Shown piece by piece: positions 1 to 10,341 of a stretch of DNA of 64,000 nucleotides. Each line of letters starts with the position of its first letter. Positions within the stretch are counted from its first letter, which is position 1. The translations under genes were made by a program, and so were the position numbers. Origin of the DNA: Bacteroidia bacterium (lineage in GTDB: Bacteria > Bacteroidota > Bacteroidia > UBA8524); assembly GCA_035906255.1 (NCBI GenBank), contig JAMIFM010000022.1:6856-70855 (forward strand), in the 5' to 3' direction. The notes under the pieces were generated by a model. It saw only the letters and a list, made by a program, of their open reading frames with translations, made no database searches and was not told where the DNA came from.

Positions 1-56
1 GGATACTACTTACTGCCCGTTTTTCTTTTCCATACATTGATAATGTAGGCGATACG

Positions 57-815
57 TTGAATAAAAATACCTGTGTGATTTTTCAATTAAACGATAGTTT
101 ACAAATAAAAGAGTACTGGGTAGCCTCTTTAAGTCATTTGCCAAAAGATTTTTATATTACCCATAATGCCGATGCAGCTAAGGTATTGCTGAAAGGGGAT
201 ACAGTTTTTTTACCTGTGGCGTATATTTATCATAATACTGAAGCTGCTGATAAAAAATACAATTACGGAAAGTTTATTTTAAACAATAACCACGAAATTG
301 TATTTTATTCTTTTTTACCCTTTGAGGTACCTGTTGAAAAGGCCGCAATTATGCCCGACTATAACTTCATCCACATGCACCTATTGCAACACGGTAATGA
401 TGTTGTGGGTAGTTACATAACGTTTCCGGGTATTTATAATCTTTCAACAAATACAAAAATTGCCCATATTGATTTTATCGGAAGTCCTAAACGAAAGTGG
501 GATGAAAACGATTCAATACTGTTTGCTAATGATATTGATAACTTAAAATATATAGTAACGTATTTTGATAAATACTTGGACAAATATTACCTGATGCAGG
601 CAAAAAATGCAACTTGGAATACCTACACATTGTTTGACGAAAATATGAAAGCAATTAAAGTGGTGTATTCATCACCAGCGTATCTTGATGCAGGAAATGC
701 GTTTTATGCAAAAGATGATACGTTGTACGTGCTAAAAGCCGGAACAAAAAGTAATAGTGATTTGTATGTCCATAAATACATGCTAAGTTCAATTTTCAGG
801 CAGGAAATTGATTAA
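57..815 (+). CDS. hypothetical protein (no recognisable motif)
   Basis: Complete 252-aa ORF with a coding-like composition. No signal peptide and no motif I can place. Confidence 0.4.
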   Translation: MNKNTCVIFQLNDSLQIKEYWVASLSHLPKDFYITHNADAAKVLLKGDTVFLPVAYIYHNTEAADKKYNYGKFILNNNHEIVFYSFLPFEVPVEKAAIMPDYNFIHMHLLQHGNDVVGSYITFPGIYNLSTNTKIAHIDFIGSPKRKWDENDSILFANDIDNLKYIVTYFDKYLDKYYLMQAKNATWNTYTLFDENMKAIKVVYSSPAYLDAGNAFYAKDDTLYVLKAGTKSNSDLYVHKYMLSSIFRQEID

Positions 816-910
816 TCGAAAAAGATACCGATATACTAACGAGTTGGCTAATCAACCAACCGTTTTCGTATAATTAAACTATCCAAATTATTTGTATTCG
901 CAGCATTCAT

Positions 911-984
911 CGGGGTGTAGCGCAGTCTGGTAGCGTGCTTCGTTCGGGACGAAGAGGTCGTAGGTTCGAATCCTGCCACCCCGA
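911..984 (+). tRNA. tRNA-Pro (anticodon CGG)
   Basis: The cloverleaf was folded by hand. The acceptor cggggtg/caccccg is perfect. The D arm is gcgc...agcg and the T arm is gtagg-ttcgaat-cctgc. The anticodon loop is ttCGGga. CCA is not encoded. Confidence 0.8.
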
Positions 985-1064
985 CTTACTTATAACCTCA
1001 AAATAATCTGTTTATAGTTACCCTCCTCGCATCACTTGTTAAAAGTTGCCGTATTTTTGATGCT

Positions 1065-1796
1065 GTGAGCATGAGTGAAATAATACATAGCAAAGCTGTT
1101 GCCGAGGCTCTATTACAAAATGCTATTGGCACGGCAGGGATTGAAAATATCTCCGCTCTTGCTGTGGCAGTTAACAAGGAAGTACTTAACCAAAAGATAA
1201 AATTTCCGGCACTTGAACATTGCGCAAAAGTGTTGTGTAATACACTGCCAAACGATTTACATTTTTTGTTTAATAAGGAGCTGATAAAGTACAAAGAAAT
1301 AGGAGGTTGGGTGGTTTCAGGTATGATACTGCAACAACACCTGAATAACCAGTTACTAAAGTGTGTTGATGAGGCAATACATTATATAATTGAAGGGAAT
1401 GAGTGGTATGTGTGTGATATAGTTGGCGAACGTGTGATAGGGCATGGATTACTGAAATACCCTGAAATGATGCTACCTATACTGCCTCAATTAGCAGCAC
1501 ATAACGATAAGTGGATAGTCCGTTCGGTAGGCGTAGCCGCACATTATGCCACAAAAAAAGGAATGCAGGCGTACCATGCCGAAGAAGTTTTCAAACTCTT
1601 ATTATCACAGGCAAATACAACAGATTTTCATACAAAAAAGGGGATAGGCTGGGGGGCAAAAACCATTGCCAAGTACCACCCGCAGATTATTGATAAATAT
1701 AAAGCCCAAATATTTGATAACCCCGAAGTGAAACGTTGGTTTGTAACCAAAGTAAACATCGGCATCAACTGGCGTAAATACAAAGGAAAAGAGTAG
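1065..1796 (+). CDS. HEAT-repeat protein, probably DNA alkylation repair (AlkC/AlkD-like) family
   Basis: 243 aa. The helical-repeat composition and the WYVCD segment resemble the DNA_alkylation family. It looks paralogous in type to the ORF at 50387. This is a call from memory. Confidence 0.4.
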   Translation: MSMSEIIHSKAVAEALLQNAIGTAGIENISALAVAVNKEVLNQKIKFPALEHCAKVLCNTLPNDLHFLFNKELIKYKEIGGWVVSGMILQQHLNNQLLKCVDEAIHYIIEGNEWYVCDIVGERVIGHGLLKYPEMMLPILPQLAAHNDKWIVRSVGVAAHYATKKGMQAYHAEEVFKLLLSQANTTDFHTKKGIGWGAKTIAKYHPQIIDKYKAQIFDNPEVKRWFVTKVNIGINWRKYKGKE

Positions 1797-1848
1797 TTTT
1801 AGACAATAGAAAGGGCTTAGCGACTTAGTGCCTTTGTAGCAAATTAAT

Positions 1849-2733
1849 ATGCAAGAAATAACCGCCAAAACCATACTAAATAAAACCAAACGGCGCGACC
1901 CTTGGTTTTTGGATGATTATACGCTGAACCCATACAGTGGGTGTAGCTTTAATTGCAGGTATTGCTACATACGCGGCAGTAGATACGGTGAGCACTTGGA
2001 AATGAAAACAAGTGTTAAAACCAACGCTGAAGAATTACTGGACAAACAACTTGCTTTACGGGCTAAAAAAGGGCAATACGGAATAATAGTATTAGCCAGT
2101 GCTACCGACCCGTACTTGCATTTTGAGGCGGAGCAACAACTAACCCGACGTTTGTTGCACATTATTGCCAAACATCGTTTTCCGGTGCATATTATTACCA
2201 AATCACCAATGGTGGAACGTGATTTTGATATTCTGAAAGAGATTGACCAAACTGCAATACTTCCTGCTGATTTACAAGGGAAATTAACCAACGGGGCTGT
2301 TATTACCTTTTCGTTTTCAACCGTTAGCGATGAAATCAACCGCATTTTTGAGCCCGGTGCACCCATTCCTTCGGAACGTATCAAAGGGTTAGAAAAAGCA
2401 GCTCAGGCGGGATTTAAAACAGGTGTAAGCATGATGCCTTTATTGCCCTACATTAGCGATACAGGTGAGCATTTACACCAAATGTTTGCTACATTTAAAG
2501 AAGCCGGAGCCCATTATATTTTCCCTGCCACTATCACCTTATTTGGGTCTGCACCATCCGATAGCAGAACGTTAATGTTTGAAGCTGTTAACAAGCATTA
2601 TCCGCATTTATTACTCAAATATCAAAAGCTGTTTAGCAACAGTGTGCAATTGCCAGCTTATTACAACAAGGCTTTTTATGCCAAAGCTCAAGAGCTTAGT
2701 TTGCAATACGGTATCAAAAACAGTATTATTTAA
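1849..2733 (+). CDS. radical SAM protein, spore-photoproduct-lyase / DNA photolyase-like (COG1533)
   Basis: A CxxxCxxC motif (CSFNCRYC) lies near the N-terminus. The ~290-aa size and overall layout are typical of the SPL-family radical SAM DNA repair enzymes. Confidence 0.7.
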   Translation: MQEITAKTILNKTKRRDPWFLDDYTLNPYSGCSFNCRYCYIRGSRYGEHLEMKTSVKTNAEELLDKQLALRAKKGQYGIIVLASATDPYLHFEAEQQLTRRLLHIIAKHRFPVHIITKSPMVERDFDILKEIDQTAILPADLQGKLTNGAVITFSFSTVSDEINRIFEPGAPIPSERIKGLEKAAQAGFKTGVSMMPLLPYISDTGEHLHQMFATFKEAGAHYIFPATITLFGSAPSDSRTLMFEAVNKHYPHLLLKYQKLFSNSVQLPAYYNKAFYAKAQELSLQYGIKNSII

Positions 2734-2810
2734 CAGATATTGTCAAACTTCTATCATCATTTCTAAAGAACGTTTAAGCAATATTTCAATTACTTAAATT
2801 TGATATACAA

Positions 2811-2884
2811 GCCTTCTTAGCTCAGTTTGGTAGAGCATCTCATTCGTAATGAGAGGGTCGCGGGTTCAAGTCCCGTGGGGGGCT
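2811..2884 (+). tRNA. tRNA-Thr (anticodon CGT)
   Basis: Canonical D arm (gctc-agtttggta-gagc), T arm (gcggg-ttcaagt-cccgt) and anticodon loop ttCGTaa. The acceptor stem gccttct/ggggggc closes only with three G-U wobbles, which is unusual. A TAAATTTG (-7-like) motif lies ~10 nt upstream. Confidence 0.7.
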
Positions 2885-2890
2885 CAAATG

Positions 2891-3448
2891 TTATTTCATC
2901 CCGTCGGTAAAGTGTTTTTGTTCTTTATCTTTTGCAAACTTTTCAGCATTAAACTCTTTTGATTTATTGCGGGGTATCGAGAGACTCGTCCATTGTTCGT
3001 CCCTCAACATCTTAGCTATATACACTATCTGCCCCACATGATAAGGGTAGTGCGCCAACTGCCTATTAATGGCATCTTGGGCTGTATGCCCCTCATTTCG
3101 TATAAAAACTATTTTATCTAAATCGTTTTCAGTCAAACTGTTTAATGCGTCAAACAGGCATTTCCATCCCGCTTCCCATTTTTCAAGCATTTCGGCTTTT
3201 GTGGTAATATCGTTCTCAAATTCTGCATCTCTTTCCCGCCAAGGTTTTTCCCCATCAGTAGTTAAAAAGTCAGTCCAGCGGCTTAGCATATTGCCCCAAA
3301 TGTGTTTCACAACCATCGCAATACTATTGCTTTCGGCATTGTATTGCCATTGTATATCATCGTCGCTAAGTTGGATAAATGTTTTATCGCCAAGGCTTTT
3401 ATAGTAACCAAATAATTTAATTACGCCTTCTAAGTATGTAGGTTGCAT
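2891..3448 (-). CDS. DinB-like / DUF1572 family protein
   Basis: 185 aa. Segments such as NSIAMVVKHIWGNMLSRWTDFL...GEKPWRERDAEF match my memory of the DUF1572 (DinB_2-like) family. Confidence 0.6.
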   Translation of the reverse strand: MQPTYLEGVIKLFGYYKSLGDKTFIQLSDDDIQWQYNAESNSIAMVVKHIWGNMLSRWTDFLTTDGEKPWRERDAEFENDITTKAEMLEKWEAGWKCLFDALNSLTENDLDKIVFIRNEGHTAQDAINRQLAHYPYHVGQIVYIAKMLRDEQWTSLSIPRNKSKEFNAEKFAKDKEQKHFTDGMK

Positions 3449-3647
3449 TAATATCAGGGGTTAAGGTGTTTGATGTAAACTAAGTCCAAAATTCATCAAT
3501 CAGTCACATTTGAAGGATGGACAAAACGTGAATTTGACTGGAAGAATGAGAATATGGGGTTGTGCGTTTCATTTTGCGTATTTATAAAGTTTCAAAACAA
3601 AAAACCTTATATATTCGCAGCCGTAACCAAAAAAACTGCCTGATAGC

Positions 3648-3884
3648 ATGAAGAAATTTGCTGTTATTTTAGCTGCCGTAACCGTAGCCGTTAGTGCCTG
3701 CCATTATGGTAAACCCGAAGCTCACTCGTCTTTAGAGCGCAATAAAGAATATAAAGAAAAGGCTGCCGACCAAGGCCCTGAAATTAATCCTGATTATGTT
3801 AAGGGTGGTGCAAAACCTGCTGCAACCGATTCAGCTAAAACTGATTCTGTTGCCCCTGTAGCTGCTACTCCTGCGGCACACTAA
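3648..3884 (+). CDS. small secreted/lipoprotein, hypothetical
   Basis: 78 aa. N-terminal signal peptide with a lipobox-like AVSAC. The rest is low complexity and Ala/Pro/Lys-rich. Confidence 0.4.
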   Translation: MKKFAVILAAVTVAVSACHYGKPEAHSSLERNKEYKEKAADQGPEINPDYVKGGAKPAATDSAKTDSVAPVAATPAAH

Positions 3885-3886
3885 AT

Positions 3887-4369
3887 ATGGAAGAACTGGT
3901 AATACACTCTTCGGCAACAAAAGAAGAGAAGTATAAATCCCTTTTACCGCAAATTGATGCGTTGATTGAGCCTGAGGACGACCTTACAGCCAATTTAGCC
4001 AATATTACAGCAGCCCTTCACCAAACCTTCGGGTTTTGGTGGACGGGCTTTTATCTTGTTAAGGATAACCAACTGGTGCTGGGGCCGTTTCAAGGCCCTG
4101 TGGCCTGTACACGCATAGCCCTTGGAAAAGGGGTGTGCGGTACCGCTTGGCAACAAGCACAAACTATCGTAGTGCCTGATGTGGATGAATTTCCGGGACA
4201 TATTGCGTGCAGTTCGGCTTCAAAATCTGAAATTGTAGTACCTGTGTTTGCTAATGGAAAAGTGGTGGCAGTGCTGGATGTGGATAGCGAGCACCTTGCT
4301 TTTTTTGACGAAACCGATAAAATTTATTTAGAGCAAGTGGTTCAACTTGCAGGAAAAAAGTTTATTTAG
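3887..4369 (+). CDS. GAF domain protein (free methionine-(R)-sulfoxide reductase-like, COG1956)
   Basis: 160 aa. The GKGVCG...VVPD...E(I)VVPV pattern is typical of the fRMsr/GAF family. Confidence 0.65.
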   Translation: MEELVIHSSATKEEKYKSLLPQIDALIEPEDDLTANLANITAALHQTFGFWWTGFYLVKDNQLVLGPFQGPVACTRIALGKGVCGTAWQQAQTIVVPDVDEFPGHIACSSASKSEIVVPVFANGKVVAVLDVDSEHLAFFDETDKIYLEQVVQLAGKKFI

Positions 4370-4395
4370 CAGTTCATAACTAACTGTGAACCTGA

Positions 4396-5670
4396 ATGCA
4401 GAAAACAAAAAACGTTTCGCTGTTGATAACAGTGGCCGCTTTGGGCTACTTTGTAGATATATACGACCTTATTCTTTTTAATGTAATTAAACTCAAAAGC
4501 CTTGAGGCGTTAGGCATTACCGGTCAGCAGCAATTTGAATACGAAAAACTGTTGTTTAACTGCCAAATGGGCGGTATGCTTATAGGCGGTATTTTATGGG
4601 GCATTTTGGGAGATAAAAAAGGCCGTGTTTCGGTGCTTTTCGGCTCAATTCTTTTATATTCATTAGCAAACATTGTAAATGCCTTTGCCACAGGTATTGT
4701 TGATTATTCGATATACCGTTTTATAGCAGGGGTGGGGCTTGCGGGCGAATTGGGTGCAGGGATTACCCTTGTTGCCGAAACCATGCACCGCGAAAAACGC
4801 GGATACGGAACGATGATAATTGTAACGTTTGGCGCATTAGGAGCTGTTTTAGCGGCTACAATAGGAAAAGAGGGAGAGAACATTGCCCGATGGTTAAACG
4901 GGCTGCTATCAGTTAATTTAATGGGTTGGCAAATAGCGTATCTGTTAGGTGGTATTTTGGGTATGTTGCTGTTGCTGATGAGGGCAGGTGCATACGAATC
5001 GGGAATGTTTGAAAGTTTACACAAAACTTCTACTGTACCTAAAGGGGCATTTTTATCACTGTTTACTGAGCGTAAACGCTTTGTAAAATACCTGAACTGT
5101 ATATTAATTGGTTTGCCGATATGGTTTGTGGTGGGGGTACTTATTAATTTTTCGCACAAGTTTTATGCAGAAACCTTTGCGGGACTTGAAAAACAGCAAC
5201 TGGTGGCTGATGCTATTATGTACACCTACTTGGGGCTATCTTTCGGTGATTTGATAAGCGGTTTATTAAGCCAATGGTTTAGAAACCGTAAGAAAATAGT
5301 GTTGGGGTATATCATCGGTATTATTGTGCTGGTGGTGGTATATTTACTGCGTTTTGATATATCGTACCGTCAGTTTAATCTGCTGTGCTTCTTATTGGGC
5401 TCTGCAACGGGTTATTGGGCGTTGTTTGTAACCATAGCCGCCGAGCAGTTTGGTACCAATTTGCGCAGCACGGTTACTTCAACTGTTCCCAACTTTGTAC
5501 GCGGGGCAGTAGTGCCTATTACTTTCTTTTTCGGGATGATACTTAACAGTGCAGGTGCTGTTACAGCAGCTATTGTAGTAGGTTCGGTTTGTTTGGGTTT
5601 GGCCTTTATTGCCACCCTTGCCGTTCCCGAAACCTTCGATAAAGATTTGGATTATTTGGAAACTATATAA
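4396..5670 (+). CDS. MFS transporter
   Basis: 424 aa with ~12 predicted TM helices and the GDKKGR MFS loop motif. A TAACTAACT..AACCT motif lies immediately upstream (see findings). Confidence 0.75.
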   Translation: MQKTKNVSLLITVAALGYFVDIYDLILFNVIKLKSLEALGITGQQQFEYEKLLFNCQMGGMLIGGILWGILGDKKGRVSVLFGSILLYSLANIVNAFATGIVDYSIYRFIAGVGLAGELGAGITLVAETMHREKRGYGTMIIVTFGALGAVLAATIGKEGENIARWLNGLLSVNLMGWQIAYLLGGILGMLLLLMRAGAYESGMFESLHKTSTVPKGAFLSLFTERKRFVKYLNCILIGLPIWFVVGVLINFSHKFYAETFAGLEKQQLVADAIMYTYLGLSFGDLISGLLSQWFRNRKKIVLGYIIGIIVLVVVYLLRFDISYRQFNLLCFLLGSATGYWALFVTIAAEQFGTNLRSTVTSTVPNFVRGAVVPITFFFGMILNSAGAVTAAIVVGSVCLGLAFIATLAVPETFDKDLDYLETI

Positions 5671-5694
5671 GGGTTAAACGTGAACTTTGTTAAT

Positions 5695-6612
5695 TTAATC
5701 ATTAATGTGCTGCTCATAAATAGCTCCAGAACTAGAATGTATAAAGGGGTCTAACTCAGTCCTTAGATTACTTAAATCATCTAATTGATTGATAAATAAC
5801 TTAACAAATAGCATTTCTTCTTTTGTTAAATGGTTGTTTATAGCAAATCTTAAATAATCAAGTTTATCAGATGGTATATTACTATGTAAAATACACTTAT
5901 ATACTGCAATAAATTTATAAATAAGCGATTGAATATCATTATAGTACTTTTCTTTTTTTAAGGTGTTAAACATTGCATTAATAAGTTTATCAACTAATTT
6001 GTCACGTTCTTTAACACTTTTAAGTTCTAAGTTAGAATAATGTTGTTCAGCTATAGCATTTGTAAAACAAAGAGTAAGAAGAGTATTTTTAACTGTCTTA
6101 AAAGCATTTATTCCTTTATTATTATCAATAACAAAATTATCTCTACTATTCTCATACTTCTCAAGCAATTTGAATACGATACTCTCCAGCCGTTCTAATT
6201 TTGCGTTTTGTTCAGTGCGCTCCATGATAGCAGCACTGTTTTTCATTTCTTCAACAGATTGTTTTAGTGCATCCGATGCAGTTTTAAGTTCTTCTTTCTG
6301 CACTAAAAAGGAATTGTAAAGTAGTATAATAGTAATGAGGGATAATACAGGGGCAGCTATCCCATTAAAGAAATTACCTATTTTATCGAACTCTTTAATA
6401 CAAAGCAATTGGTTGATTACAATAAATAAAACAATCAATACGATGGTAATACCTATCACCCAACCAGTAAAGTTTCGACTCTTTTTATATTTAAATAAGG
6501 ACTTAAAATCATCTATTTTAGTAGCGTCTTCAATATGACTTGACAATTTTCTATACGAAAATAGAAACTCATAATTGGAATTTATTAACAAAAGGTAATA
6601 GCTTCTTGTCAT
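5695..6612 (-). CDS. low-GC membrane-anchored protein, possible abortive-infection (putAbiC-like) family; paralog of 51087..51836
   Basis: 305 aa. An N-terminal TM segment is followed by a conserved G-IAAPVLSLI-LLY-FL-Q block that is shared with the ORF at 51087, then a long coiled-coil-like region. Codon usage is very AT-rich relative to its neighbours. Confidence 0.45.
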   Translation of the reverse strand: MTRSYYLLLINSNYEFLFSYRKLSSHIEDATKIDDFKSLFKYKKSRNFTGWVIGITIVLIVLFIVINQLLCIKEFDKIGNFFNGIAAPVLSLITIILLYNSFLVQKEELKTASDALKQSVEEMKNSAAIMERTEQNAKLERLESIVFKLLEKYENSRDNFVIDNNKGINAFKTVKNTLLTLCFTNAIAEQHYSNLELKSVKERDKLVDKLINAMFNTLKKEKYYNDIQSLIYKFIAVYKCILHSNIPSDKLDYLRFAINNHLTKEEMLFVKLFINQLDDLSNLRTELDPFIHSSSGAIYEQHIND

Positions 6613-6845
6613 TCTGACCGAAGGGAAGAATCCTATTATAATTGTGTTAACAAAGCGATATAAGATGCTTCACTACCGTTCAGCAGGACAGGTAGTGAAC
6701 AATATTTGCTCCCTATGAACAGGTTGTCTCGTCAGCAGAAGACGAATTCCTCACAATGGTGCAAAGGATTAACCAATTTTTAAATTTTAAAATCTCCAAA
6801 TCAGTTAATTAAAGCAAATCGTCCTTCGGCAAGCTCAGGAGGGAT
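6605..6845. repeat. copy A of a mosaic intergenic repeat family
   Basis: It contains the modules gtcattctgaccgaagggaagaatcc and tccttcggcaagctcaggaggg. These recur at 11090-11610, 13030-13095, 41972-42180 and 49985-50345. Confidence 0.6.
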
Positions 6846-9800
6846 CACATATTCCGCCTATATTGGCCGCCAACTTCAAACAAAGCGTTGGTTATTTGTC
6901 CCAATGAGCAGTATTTAACCGCTTCCATCAGTTGTTCAAACAAGTTGCGGTTTTCTATGGCTGCTTTTTGCAGTTCGGCAAGCAGTTGGGGGGCTTTGTC
7001 GGCGTGTACCTTGTGCAACGCTTCCATAGCGGTAATTTGGTAATCTTTTTCCTCCTTGGTACTACGTATTACCTCTTGGGGAACAACGGTAGGCGAACCT
7101 TTTGACGATAAGAAAGTATTTACCCCAATTATCGGGAACTCTCCGGTATGTTTTAACGTTTCGTAATACAGGCTTTCCTCTTGTATTTTGTTACGTTGGT
7201 ACATGGTTTCCATTGCACCCAGTACACCTCCGCGCTCGTTAATACGATCAAACTCAGCCAATACAGCCTCTTCTACCAAGTCGGTAAGCTCTTCAATGAT
7301 AAACGCCCCTTGTATTGGGTTTTCGTTCTTAGCCAATCCCAACTCTTTGTTAATAATCAATTGGATGGCCATTGCACGGCGTACACTTTCTTCGGTAGGT
7401 GTAGTAATAGCCTCGTCATAGGCGTTGGTATGCAAACTTTGGCAGTTATCATAAATAGCATACAATGCCTGCAAAGTGGTGCGTATATCGTTAAAATCAA
7501 TCTCTTGTGCGTGCAATGAGCGTCCGCTGGTTTGAATGTGGTATTTCAACATTTGGCTGCGCTCGTTGGCTCCGTATTTGTTTTTCATGGCTTTTGCCCA
7601 AATACGGCGGCTTACACGGCCTATCACGCTGTACTCAGGGTCGATACCGTTGCTAAAGAAAAACGATAGGTTAGGAGCGAAGTCGTTAATGTCCATACCC
7701 CTGCTCAAATAATACTCTACATACGTGAAACCATTTGATAATGTGAGTGCTAACTGCGTAATAGGATTGGCTCCGGCTTCGGCAATGTGATACCCGCTAA
7801 TTGACACCGAATAGAAGTTACGCACGTTCTTATCAATAAAATATTGTTGAACGTCGCCCATTACCCTCAAACTGAACTCTGTGCTAAAAATACAAGTGTT
7901 TTGGGCTTGGTCTTCTTTCAATATATCAGCCTGCACAGTACCGCGTACTGAAGCAAGGGTTTTTATTTTTATAGGCTCATACACTTCGGCAGGTAATACT
8001 TGGTCGCCTGTAACGCCCAACAGCATCAACCCTAAACCGTCATTCCCTTGTGGCAGATCGCCTTGGTATTTAGGTTCGGGCAAACCTTTAGCGGCAAAAA
8101 TAGCGTGCACCTTTTGGCGCACTTCTTCTTCTAAGCCGTTTTGTTTGATGTATAGCTCGCACTGCTGGTCGATTGCGGCATTCATAAAGAATGCGCAGAT
8201 AATGGCCGCAGGGCCGTTTATCGTCATAGATACCGAAGTAGTAGGGTCGGCAAGGTTAAAGCCTGAATACAATTTTTTAGCAGCATCCAAACTCCATACC
8301 GATACACCCGAGTTACCTACTTTACCATAAATATCGGGGCGGTAATCAGGGTCTTGGCCATATAGGGTTACTGAATCAAATGCAGTAGAAAGGCGTTTGG
8401 CAGGCATACCCAAACTTACGTAGTGAAAACGGCGGTTGGTACGCTCAGGGCCACCTTCGCCCGCAAACATACGGGTAGGGTCTTCGTTCTCACGTTTAAA
8501 GGGGAACACGCCCGAAGTGTATGGGAACTCACCGGGTACGTTTTCTTGCAACATCCAGCGCAATAAGTCGCCCCACGCTTGGTATTTGGGCAATGAAACT
8601 TTAGGAATACGGGTATGGGATAATGACTCACTAAACGTTTTGATTTTCAGTTCTTTATCACGTACTTTAAAGATGAAATAATCGGCTTTATAGCTCGCTA
8701 CTTTGGCTTCCCACTCCTCTAACAACTTCTTGTTTTTAGGGTCGAGGTTTAATTCAACCTCTTTGTAAGCAGCTTCTAAAGCGGCTATCAAATTATCTTT
8801 GTCAGCCGTTTTGGTTTCTTTAATCGTTGCAATGCTTTGGTGCAGGCTATACAGCTTTTGTGCAGTAGCTACCTGTTGATCCACCCAACGGTCATACGAA
8901 CGGTTACTTTCGGTAATCTCGCTCAAATAGCGGGTACGTTCGGGGGGAATGATGTATATCTTTTTCGACATTTCTGCCGATACTTCAAACGTTGATTGTA
9001 ATGGAGCACCTGTTTTAGCCACCAACATATCAATAATGTTGCGGTACAGGCGGTTCATGCCCGGGTCGTTAAACTGCGAAGCAATCGTTCCAAATACAGG
9101 TATTTGCTCATCGGGCGTGTCCCATAACTGATGATTGCGTTTGTATTGCTTTTTCACATCGCGGATAGCATCCAATGCACCACGCTTGTCAAACTTGTTC
9201 AAAGCAATAATGTCCGCAAAATCCAGCATATCAATTTTCTCTAACTGTGTGGCCGCACCGTATTCGGGGGTCATCACATACAGGCTCATATTGCTATGCT
9301 CAATAATTTCAGTATCGCTTTGCCCTATCCCCGAAGTTTCAAGGATAATAAGGTCAAATTTTGCAGCCTTTACAATATCTACCGCTTCTTTCACATACTT
9401 GCTAAGGGCAAGGTTACTTTGGCGGGTAGCCAACGAACGCATATACACACGCGGGTTGCGGATGGCGTTCATGCGGATACGGTCGCCCAGCAATGCACCA
9501 CCTGTTTTACGTTTAGAAGGGTCAACCGATATAATGGCGATGGTTTTGTCTTTAAAATCAATTAGGAAACGGCGCACCAACTCATCCACCAATGACGATT
9601 TACCTGCACCACCCGTACCCGTAATACCCAACACAGGGGTTTTAACGTCGTTGCTCAGTTGCTGTATTTCAGTCAGCATGGGGGCAGCTTCGGCATAGTC
9701 GTTTTCGGCTGCTGAAATAAGGCGAGCAATGGCTTTTACATCGCGCTCGGCAAGGTGTTTCACTTGACCGTTCAGGTTTTTACCCGTAGGGAAGTCGCTT

Positions 9801-10234
9801 TGGGTTAGCAAGTCGTTTATCATGCCTTGTAAGCCCAATTCACGCCCGTCGTCGGGAGAATATATACGGGCAATGCCGTACTCGTGCAGTTCTTTAATTT
9901 CTTCGGGAAGTATTACCCCGCCGCCGCCGCCAAAAACGCGTATATGACCGCAACCGCGCTCGTTCAGCAGGTCGTACATGTACTTAAAGTACTCCATGTG
10001 TCCGCCTTGGTAGCTGGTAATGGCAATGGCCTGCGCATCTTCCTGTATGGCGCAATCCACAATCTCGGCCACGCTACGGTCGTGCCCCAAGTGTATCACC
10101 TCGGCACCGCTACTTTGCAGTATGCGTCGCATGATGTTGATAGCAGCGTCGTGCCCATCAAACAAGGCAGCAGCAGTAACAATACGGATTTTGTTCTTTG
10201 GTTGGTATATCTCTACGGCGGTAGCTGTACTCAT
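6845..10234 (-). CDS. icmF: fused isobutyryl-CoA mutase (IcmF: B12-binding + MeaB-like GTPase + mutase)
   Basis: 1129 aa. The N-terminal B12-binding domain has the DxHxxG pattern (DGHDAAIN). The central P-loop GTPase has [12 protein letters not shown]. The C-terminal region is a methylmalonyl/isobutyryl-CoA mutase TIM-barrel. Confidence 0.9.
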   Translation of the reverse strand: MSTATAVEIYQPKNKIRIVTAAALFDGHDAAINIMRRILQSSGAEVIHLGHDRSVAEIVDCAIQEDAQAIAITSYQGGHMEYFKYMYDLLNERGCGHIRVFGGGGGVILPEEIKELHEYGIARIYSPDDGRELGLQGMINDLLTQSDFPTGKNLNGQVKHLAERDVKAIARLISAAENDYAEAAPMLTEIQQLSNDVKTPVLGITGTGGAGKSSLVDELVRRFLIDFKDKTIAIISVDPSKRKTGGALLGDRIRMNAIRNPRVYMRSLATRQSNLALSKYVKEAVDIVKAAKFDLIILETSGIGQSDTEIIEHSNMSLYVMTPEYGAATQLEKIDMLDFADIIALNKFDKRGALDAIRDVKKQYKRNHQLWDTPDEQIPVFGTIASQFNDPGMNRLYRNIIDMLVAKTGAPLQSTFEVSAEMSKKIYIIPPERTRYLSEITESNRSYDRWVDQQVATAQKLYSLHQSIATIKETKTADKDNLIAALEAAYKEVELNLDPKNKKLLEEWEAKVASYKADYFIFKVRDKELKIKTFSESLSHTRIPKVSLPKYQAWGDLLRWMLQENVPGEFPYTSGVFPFKRENEDPTRMFAGEGGPERTNRRFHYVSLGMPAKRLSTAFDSVTLYGQDPDYRPDIYGKVGNSGVSVWSLDAAKKLYSGFNLADPTTSVSMTINGPAAIICAFFMNAAIDQQCELYIKQNGLEEEVRQKVHAIFAAKGLPEPKYQGDLPQGNDGLGLMLLGVTGDQVLPAEVYEPIKIKTLASVRGTVQADILKEDQAQNTCIFSTEFSLRVMGDVQQYFIDKNVRNFYSVSISGYHIAEAGANPITQLALTLSNGFTYVEYYLSRGMDINDFAPNLSFFFSNGIDPEYSVIGRVSRRIWAKAMKNKYGANERSQMLKYHIQTSGRSLHAQEIDFNDIRTTLQALYAIYDNCQSLHTNAYDEAITTPTEESVRRAMAIQLIINKELGLAKNENPIQGAFIIEELTDLVEEAVLAEFDRINERGGVLGAMETMYQRNKIQEESLYYETLKHTGEFPIIGVNTFLSSKGSPTVVPQEVIRSTKEEKDYQITAMEALHKVHADKAPQLLAELQKAAIENRNLFEQLMEAVKYCSLGQITNALFEVGGQYRRNM

Positions 10235-10341
10235 GGTTTACAGTTTAAGAAACCGCAAAGGTAAGGAATTTTGGGGGATGTGGGAATTTGAACGTTTATT
10301 GGATATTCTTCTATCTTTGTTTAGGAATATAACACTGAAGA

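Noticed and set aside
998-1294. 98-aa minus-strand ORF overlapping the tRNA-Pro 3' flank and the start of the AlkD-like gene
   Set aside because: It overlaps a better-supported plus-strand gene and starts within 15 nt of a tRNA, so it is a spurious frame.
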